This document shows, in pieces, positions 55,301 through 64,000 of a DNA stretch of 64,000 nucleotides (its first letter is position 1; each line of letters starts with the position of its first letter). The position numbers were made by a program, and so were the translations under genes. Source of the DNA: Auanema rhodensis (lineage: Eukaryota; Animalia; Nematoda); contig CAXKVF010000084.1 of the NCBI GenBank assembly GCA_964057225.1, positions 124,001 through 188,000 on the forward strand, in the 5' to 3' direction. The notes beneath the pieces are model-generated. The model saw nothing but the letters and a program-made list of their open reading frames with translations. It made no database searches and was not told the origin of the DNA.

Positions 55301-56889
55301 ACATACCAAGTGCACATCACGTGTACATTTAATTAGCATAAATTAAAGTTCACGTAAATTTCAAAGTCATGGTTACCATGAACCAATATCAATAAAAATT
55401 TGTTTTTAGACTAATATGGACATGGGGAATCTAATTTTGAAAACCGCATCTCTTTATCTTTCACGTGAAGCGAGTTACATACCAAGTGCACATCACGTGT
55501 ACATTTAATTAGCATAAATTAAAGTTCACGTAAATTTCAAAGTCATGGTTACCATGAACCAATATCAATAAAAATTTGTTTTTAGACTAATATGGACATG
55601 GGGAATCTAATTTTGAAAACCGCATCTCTTTATCTTTCACGTGAAGCGAGTTACATACCAAGTGCACATCACGTGTACATTTAATTAGCATAAATTAAAG
55701 TTCACGTAAAATTCAAAGTCATGGTTACCATGCACCAATATCAATAAAAATTTGTTTTTAGACTAATATGGACATGGGGAATCTAATTTTGAAAACCGCA
55801 TCTCATTATCTTTCACGTGAAGCGAGTTACATACCAAGTGCACATAACGTGTACATTTAATTAGCATAAATTAAAGTTCACGTAAATTTCAAAGTCATGG
55901 TTACCATGAACCAATATCAATAAAAATTTGTTTTTAGACTAATATGGACATGGGGAATCTAATTTTGAAAACCGCATCTCTTTATCTCTCACGTGAAGCG
56001 AGTTACATACCAAGTGCACATCACGTGTACATTTAATTAGCATAAATTAAAGTTCACGTAAATTTCAAAGTCATGGTTACCATGCACCAATATCAATAAA
56101 AATTTGTTTTTAGACTAATATGGACATGGGGAATCTAATTTTGAAAACCGCATCTCTTTATCTTTCACGTGAAGCGAGTTACATACCAAGTGCACATCAC
56201 GTGTACATTTAATTAGCATAAATTAAAGTTCACGTAAATTTCAAAGTCATGGTTACCATGAACCAATATCAATAAAAATTTGTTTTTAGACTAATATGGA
56301 CATGGGGAATCTAATTTTGAAAACCGCATCTCTTTATCTTTCACGTGAAGCGAGTTACATACCAAGTGCACATCACGTGTACAGTTAATTAGCATAAATT
56401 AAAGTTCACGTAAATTTCAAAGTCATGGTTACCATGAACCAATATCAATAAAAATTTGTTTTTAGACTAATATGGACATGGGGAATCTAATTTTGGAAAC
56501 CGCATCTCTTTATCTTTCACGTGAAGCGAGTTACATACCAAGTGCACATCACGTGTACATTTAATTAGCATAAATTAAAGTTCACGTAAATTTCAAAGTC
56601 ATGGTTACCATGAAGCAATATCAATAAAAATTTGTTTTTAGACTAATATGGACATGGGGAATCTAATTTTGAAAACCGCATCTCTTTATCTTTCACGTGA
56701 AGCGAGTTACATACCAAGTGCACATCACGTGTACATTTAATTAGCATAAATTAAAGTTCACGTAAATTTCAAAGTCATGGTTACCATGAAGCAATATCAA
56801 TAAAAATTTGTTTTTAGACTAATATGGACATGGGGAATCTAATTTTGCAAACCGCATCTCTTTATCTTTCACGTGAAGCGAGTTACATA
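49114..56889 (+). repeat. Recent higher-order duplication, 22-mer (3871-bp unit), 2 copies
   Basis: Markers at +3871: AATCAGC 49176/53047, 1-bp-deleted AAAAGTTG 49592/53463, CATGAATT 49885/53756, CTCATTA 51934/55805, ACAGTT 52513/56384, TTGCAAA 52977/56848. One difference seen (53209 G). Confidence 0.94.
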
Positions 56890-59800
56890 GCAAGTGCACA
56901 TCACGTGTACATTTAATTAGCATTAATTAAAGTTCACGTAAATTTCAAAGTCATGGTTACCATGCACCAATATCAATAAAAATTTGTTTTTAGACTAATA
57001 TGGACATGGGGAATCTAATTTTGAAAACCGCATCTCTTTATCTTTCACGTGAAGCGAGTTACATACCAAGTGCACATCACGTGTACATTTAATTAGCATA
57101 AATTAAAGTTCACGTAAATTTCAAAGTCATGGTTACCATGAAGCAATATCAATAAAAATTTGTTTTTAGACTAATATGGACATGGGGAATCTAATTTTGA
57201 AAACCGCATCTCTTTATCTTTCACGTGAAGCGAGTTACATACCAAGTGCACATCACGTGTACATTTAATTAGCATAAATTAAAGTTCACGTAAATTTCAA
57301 AGTCATGGTTACCATGAACCAATATCAATAAAAATTTGTTTTTAGACTAATATGGACATGGGGAATCTAATTTTGAAAACCGCATCTCTTTATCTTTCAC
57401 GTGAAGCGAGTTACATACCAAGTGCACATCACGTGTACATTTAATTAGCATAAATTAAAGTTCACGTAAATTTCAAAGTCATGGTTACCATGAACCAATA
57501 TCAATAAAAATTTGTTTTTAGACTAATATGGACATGGGGAATCTAATTTTGAAAACCGCATCTCTTTATCTTTCACGTGAAGCGAGTTACATACCAAGTG
57601 CACATCACGTGTACATTTAATTAGCATAAATTAAAGTTCACGTAAATTTCAAAGTCATGGTTACCATGCACCAATATCAATAAAAATTTGTTTTTAGACT
57701 AATATGGACATGGGGAATCTAATTTTGAAAACCGCATCTCTTTATCTTTCACGTGAAGCGAGTTACATACCAAGTGCACATCACGTGTACATTTAATTAG
57801 CATAAATTAAAGTTCACGTAAATTTCAAAGTCATGGTTACCATGAACCAATATCAATAAAAATTTGTTTTTAGACTAATATGGACATGGGGAATCTAATT
57901 TTGAAAACCGCATCTCTTTATCTTTCACGTGAAGCGAGTTACATACCAAGTGCACATCACGTGTACAGTTAATTAGCATAAATTAAAGTTCACGTAAATT
58001 TCAAAGTCATGGTTACCATGAACCAATATCAATAAAAATTTGTTTTTAGACTAATATGGACATGGGGAATCTAATTTTGGAAACCGCATCTCTTTATCTT
58101 TCACGTGAAGCGAGTTACATACCAAGTGCACATCACGTGTACATTTAATTAGCATAAATTAAAGTTCACGTAAATTTCAAAGTCATGGTTACCATGAAGC
58201 AATATCAATAAAAATTTGTTTTTAGACTAATATGGACATGGGGAATCTAATTTTGAAAACCGCATCTCTTTATCTTTCACGTGAAGCGAGTTACATACCA
58301 AGTGCACATCACGTGTACATTTAATTAGCATAAATTAAAGTTCACGTAAATTTCAAAGTCATGGTTACCATGAAGCAATATCAATAAAAATTTGTTTTTA
58401 GACTAATATGGACATGGGGAATCTAATTTTGAAAACCGCATCTCTTTATCTTTCACGTGAAGCGAGTTACATAGCAAGTGCACATCACGTGTACATTTAA
58501 TTAGCATTAATTAAAGTTCACGTAAATTTCAAAGTCATGGTTACCATGAAGCAATATCAATAAAAATTTGTTTTTAGACTAATATGGACATGGGGAATCT
58601 AATTTTGAAAACCGCATCTCTTTATCTTTCACGTGAAGCGAGTTACATACCAAGTGCACATCACGTGTACATTTAATTAGCATAAATTAAAGTTCACGTA
58701 AATTTCAAAGTCATGGTTACCATGAACCAATATCAATAAAAATTTGTTTTTAGACTAATATGGACATGGGGAATCTAATTTTGAAAACCGCATCTCTTTA
58801 TCTTTCACGTGAAGCGAGTTACATACCAAGTGCACATCACGTGTACATTTAATTAGCATAAATTAAAGTTCACGTAAATTTCAAAGTCATGGTTACCATG
58901 AACCAATATCAATAAAAATTTGTTTTTAGACTAATATGGACATGGGGAATCTAATTTTGAAAACCGCATCTCTTTATCTTTCACGTGAAGCGAGTTACAT
59001 ACCAAGTGCACATCACGTGTACATTTAATTAGCATAAATTAAAGTTCACGTAATTTTCAAAGTCATGGTTACCATGCACCAATATCAATAAAAATTTGTT
59101 TTTAGACTAATATGGACATGGGGAATCTAATTTTGAAAACCGCATCTCTTTATCTTTCACGTGAAGCGAGTTACATACCAAGTGCACATCACGTGTACAT
59201 TTAATTAGCATAAATTAAAGTTCACGTAAATTTCAAAGTCATGGTTACCATGAACCAATATCAATAAAAATTTGTTTTTAGACTAATATGGACATGGGGA
59301 ATCTAATTTTGAAAACCGCATCTCTTTATCTTTCACGTGAAGCGAGTTACATACCAAGTGCACATCACGTGTACATTTAATTAGCATAAATTAAAGTTCA
59401 CGTAATTTTCAAAGTCATGGTTACCATGAAGCAATATCAATAAAAATTTGTTTTTAGACTAATATGGACATGGGGAATCTAATTTTGAAAACCGCATCTC
59501 TTTATCTTTCACGTGAAGCGAGTTACATACCAAGTGCACATCACGTGTACATTTAATTAGCATAAATTAAAGTTCACGTAAAATTCAAAGTCATGGTTAC
59601 CATGCACCAATATCAATAAAAATTTGTTTTTAGACTAATATCGACATGGGGAATCTAATTTTGAAAACCGCATCTCTTTATCTTTCACGTGAAGCGAGTT
59701 ACATACCAAGTGCACATCACGTGTACATTTAATTAGCATAAATTAAAGTTCACGTAAATTTCAAAGTCATGGTTACCATGAACCAATATCAATAAAAATT

Positions 59801-62800
59801 TGTTTTTAGACTAATATGGACATGGGGAATCTAATTTTGAAAACCGCATCTCTTTATCTTTCACGTGAAGCGAGTTACATACCAAGTGCACATCACGTGT
59901 ACATTTAATTAGCATAAATTAAAGTTCACGTAAATTTCAAAGTCATGGTTACCATGCACCAATATCAATAAAAATTTGTTTTTAGACTAATATGGACATG
60001 GGGAATCTAATTTTAAAAACCGCATCTCTTTATCTTTCACGTGAAGCGAGTTACATACCAAGTGCACATCACGTGTACATTTAATTAGCATAAATTAAAG
60101 TTCACGTAAATTTCAAAGTCATGGTTACCATGAACCAATATCAATAAAAATTTGTTTTTAGACTAATATGGACATGGGGAATCTAATTTTGAAAACCGCA
60201 TCTCTTTATCTTTCACGTGAAGCGAGTTACATACCAAGTGCACATCACGTGTACAGTTAATTAGCATAAATTAAAGTTCACGTAAATTTCAAAGTCATGG
60301 TTACCATGAACCAATATCAATAAAAATTTGTTTTTAGACTAATATGGACATGGGGAATCTAATTTTGGAAACCGCATCTCTTTATCTTTCACGTGAAGCG
60401 AGTTACATACCAAGTGCACATCACGTGTACATTTAATTAGCATAAATTAAAGTTCACGTAAATTTCAAAGTCATGGTTACCATGAAGCAATATCAATAAA
60501 AATTTGTTTTTAGACTAATATGGACATGGGGAATCTAATTTTGAAAACCGCATCTCTTTATCTTTCACGTGAAGCGAGTTACATACCAAGTGCACATCAC
60601 GTGTACATTTAATTAGCATAAATTAAAGTTCACGTAAATTTCAAAGTCATGGTTACCATGAAGCAATATCAATAAAAATTTGTTTTTAGACTAATATGGA
60701 CATGGGGAATCTAATTTTGAAAACCGCATCTCTTTATCTTTCACGTGAAGCGAGTTACATAGCAAGTGCACATCACGTGTACATTTAATTAGCATTAATT
60801 AAAGTTCACGTAAATTTCAAAGTCATGGTTACCATGAAGCAATATCAATAAAAATTTGTTTTTAGACTAATATGGACATGGGGAATCTAATTTTGAAAAC
60901 CGCATCTCTTTATCTTTCACGTGAAGCGAGTTACATACCAAGTGCACATCACGTGTACATTTAATTAGCATAAATTAAAGTTCACGTAAATTTCAAAGTC
61001 ATGGTTACCATGAACCAATATCAATAAAAATTTGTTTTTAGACTAATATGGACATGGGGAATCTAATTTTGAAAACCGCATCTCTTTATCTTTCACGTGA
61101 AGCGAGTTACATACCAAGTGCACATCACGTGTACATTTAATTAGCATAAATTAAAGTTCACGTAAATTTCAAAGTCATGGTTACCATGAACCAATATCAA
61201 TAAAAATTTGTTTTTAGACTAATATGGACATGGGGAATCTAATTTTGAAAACCGCATCTCTTTATCTTTCACGTGAAGCGAGTTACATACCAAGTGCACA
61301 TCACGTGTACATTTAATTAGCATAAATTAAAGTTCACGTAAATTTCAAAGTCATGGTTACCATGCACCAATATCAATAAAAATTTGTTTTTAGACTAATA
61401 TGGACATGGGGAATCTAATTTTGAAAACCGCATCTCTTTATCTTTCACGTGAAGCGAGTTACATACCAAGTGCACATCACGTGTACATTTAATTAGCATA
61501 AATTAAAGTTCACGTAAATTTCAAAGTCATGGTTACCATGAACCAATATCAATAAAAATTTGTTTTTAGACTAATATGGACATGGGGAATCTAATTTTGA
61601 AAACCGCATCTCTTTATCTTTCACGTGAAGCGAGTTACATACCAAGTGCACATCACGTGTACATTTAATTAGCATAAATTAAAGTTCACGTAAATTTCAA
61701 AGTCATGGTTACCATGCACCAATATCAATAAAAATTTGTTTTTAGACTAATATGGACATGGGGAATCTAATTTTGAAAACCGCATCTCTTTATCTTTCAC
61801 GTGAAGCGAGTTACATACCAAGTGCACATCACGTGTACATTTAATTAGCATAAATTAAAGTTCACGTAAATTTCAAAGTCATGGTTACCATGAAGCAATA
61901 TCAATAAAAATTTGTTTTTAGACTAATATGGACATGGGGAATCTAATTTTGAAAACCGCATCTCTTTATCTTTCACGTGAAGCGAGTTACATACCAAGTG
62001 CACATCACGTGTACATTTAATTAGCATAAATTAAAGTTCACGTAAATTTCAAAGTCATGGTTACCATGAAGCAATATCAATAAAAATTTGTTTTTAGACT
62101 AATATGGACATGGGGAATCTAATTTTGAAAACCGCATCTCTTTATCTTTCACGTGAAGCGAGTTACATAGCAAGTGCACATCACGTGTACATTTAATTAG
62201 CATTAATTAAAGTTCACGTAAATTTCAAAGTCATGGTTACCATGCACCAATATCAATAAAAATTTGTTTTTAGACTAATATGGACATGGGGAATCTAATT
62301 TTGAAAACCGCATCTCTTTATCTTTCACGTGAAGCGAGTTACATACCAAGTGCACATCACGTGTACATTTAATTAGCATAAATTAAAGTTCACGTAAATT
62401 TCAAAGTCATGGTTACCATGAAGCAATATCAATAAAAATTTGTTTTTAGACTAATATGGACATGGGGAATCTAATTTTGAAAACCGCATCTCTTTATCTT
62501 TCACGTGAAGCGAGTTACATACCAAGTGCACATCACGTGTACATTTAATTAGCATAAATTAAAGTTCACGTAAATTTCAAAGTCATGGTTACCATGAAGC
62601 AATATCAATAAAAATTTGTTTTTAGACTAATATGGACATGGGGAATCTAATTTTGAAAACCGCATCTCTTTATCTTTCACGTGAAGCGAGTTACATAGCA
62701 AGTGCACATCACGTGTACATTTAATTAGCATTAATTAAAGTTCACGTAAATTTCAAAGTCATGGTTACCATGAAGCAATATCAATAAAAATTTGTTTTTA

Positions 62801-63000
62801 GACTAATATGGACATGGGGAATCTAATTTTGAAAACCGCATCTCTTTATCTTTCACGTGAAGCGAGTTACATACCAAGTGCACATCACGTGTACATTTAA
62901 TTAGCATAAATTAAAGTTCACGTAAATTTCAAAGTCATGGTTACCATGAACCAATATCAATAAAAATTTGTTTTTAGACTAATATGGACATGGGGAATCT
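56100..63000 (+). repeat. Derivative block duplications (9-mer and 13-mer offsets) of the ACAGTT / TTGGAAA / ATAGC-CATTAATTAA haplotype
   Basis: ACAGTT at 56384, 57968 and 60256 (+1584, +2288). ATAGCAAG at 56890, 58474, 60762, 62170 and 62698. Boundaries are approximate. Confidence 0.8.
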
Positions 63001-64000
63001 AATTTTGAAAACCGCATCTCTTTATCTTTCACGTGAAGCGAGTTACATACCAAGTGCACATCACGTGTACATTTAATTAGCATAAATTAAAGTTCACGTA
63101 AATTTCAAAGTCATGGTTACCATGAACCAATATCAATAAAAATTTGTTTTTAGACTAATATGGACATGGGGAATCTAATTTTGAAAACCGCATCTCTTTA
63201 TCTTTCACGTGAAGCGAGTTACATACCAAGTGCACATCACGTGTACATTTAATTAGCATAAATTAAAGTTCACGTAAATTTCAAAGTCATGGTTACCATG
63301 CACCAATATCAATAAAAATTTGTTTTTAGACTAATATGGACATGGGGAATCTAATTTTGAAAACCGCATCTCTTTATCTTTCACGTGAAGCGAGTTACAT
63401 ACCAAGTGCACATCACGTGTACATTTAATTAGCATAAATTAAAGTTCACGTAAATTTCAAAGTCATGGTTACCATGAACCAATATCAATAAAAATTTGTT
63501 TTTAGACTAATATGGACATGGGGAATCTAATTTTGAAAACCGCATCTCTTTATCTTTCATGTGAAGCGAGTTACATACCAGGTGCACATCACGTGTACAT
63601 TTAATTAGCATAAATTAAAGTTCACGTAAATTTCAAAGTCATGGTTACCATGCACCAATATCAATAAAAATTTGTTTTTAGACTAATATGGACATGGGGA
63701 ATCTAATTTTGAAAACCGCATCTCTTTATCTTTCACGTGAAGCGAGTTACATACCAAGTGCACATCACGTGTACATTTAATTAGCATAAATTAAAGTTCA
63801 CGTAAATTTCAAAGTCATGGTTACCATGAAGCAATATCAATAAAAATTTGTTTTTAGACTAATATGGACATGGGGAATCTAATTTTGAAAACCGCATCTC
63901 TTTATCTTTCACGTGAAGCGAGTTACATACCAAGTGCACATCACGTGTACATTTAATTAGCATAAATTAAAGTTCACGTAAAATTCAAAGTCATGGTTAC

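Larger units (their letters stand above)
1..64000 (+). repeat. Tandem satellite DNA array, 176-bp monomer, about 363 copies, all in one orientation (candidate centromeric or pericentromeric satellite)
   Basis: TCAATAAAAATTTG recurs at 1 and 177, then every 176 bp apart from indels. The 60-nt line phase repeats every 2640 bp (15 x 176). 57 of 176 bases are G or C. 362 x 176 + 164 + 124 bp net indels = 64000. The array runs off both window ends. A centromeric role is inferred only from monomer size and homogeneity. Confidence 0.99.

Noticed and set aside
1-64000. CRISPR array
   Set aside because: No unique spacers; the entire 176-bp unit repeats and there are no cas genes.

Overview
The whole 64 kb window is one uninterrupted, head-to-tail tandem satellite array with a 176-bp monomer of about 32% GC. 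Consensus, phased from window position 1: TCAATAAAAATTTGTTTTTAGACTAATATGGACATGGGGAATCTAATTTTGAAAACCGCATCTCTTTATCTTTCACGTGAAGCGAGTTACATACCAAGTGCACATCACGTGTACATTTAATTAGCATAAATTAAAGTTCACGTAAATTTCAAAGTCATGGTTACCATG(C/A)A(C/G)CAATA. The length accounting closes exactly: 362 monomers, plus a final 164-bp partial, plus net indels of +124 bp (2 x +55, +15, 3 x +1, 4 x -1), equals 64000. Most monomers differ from the consensus at only 0-3 sites. I found no genes, RNA genes, transposon insertions, inversions or CRISPR spacers, and the two 60-aa ORFs are repeat artefacts. The array looks like a eukaryotic, nucleosome-sized, centromere-type satellite, but this is inference and I cannot assign the host or family. 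The features of interest are: (i) three TCACGT motifs spaced 32-33 bp apart, two of them full CACGTG E-boxes; (ii) dense dyad symmetry, with several expanded variants that lengthen the palindromes; (iii) a readable history of nested block duplications (3-, 5-, 8-, 10-, 12-, 13-, 20- and 22-mers) with spatially restricted variant domains. No protein-coding system is present.
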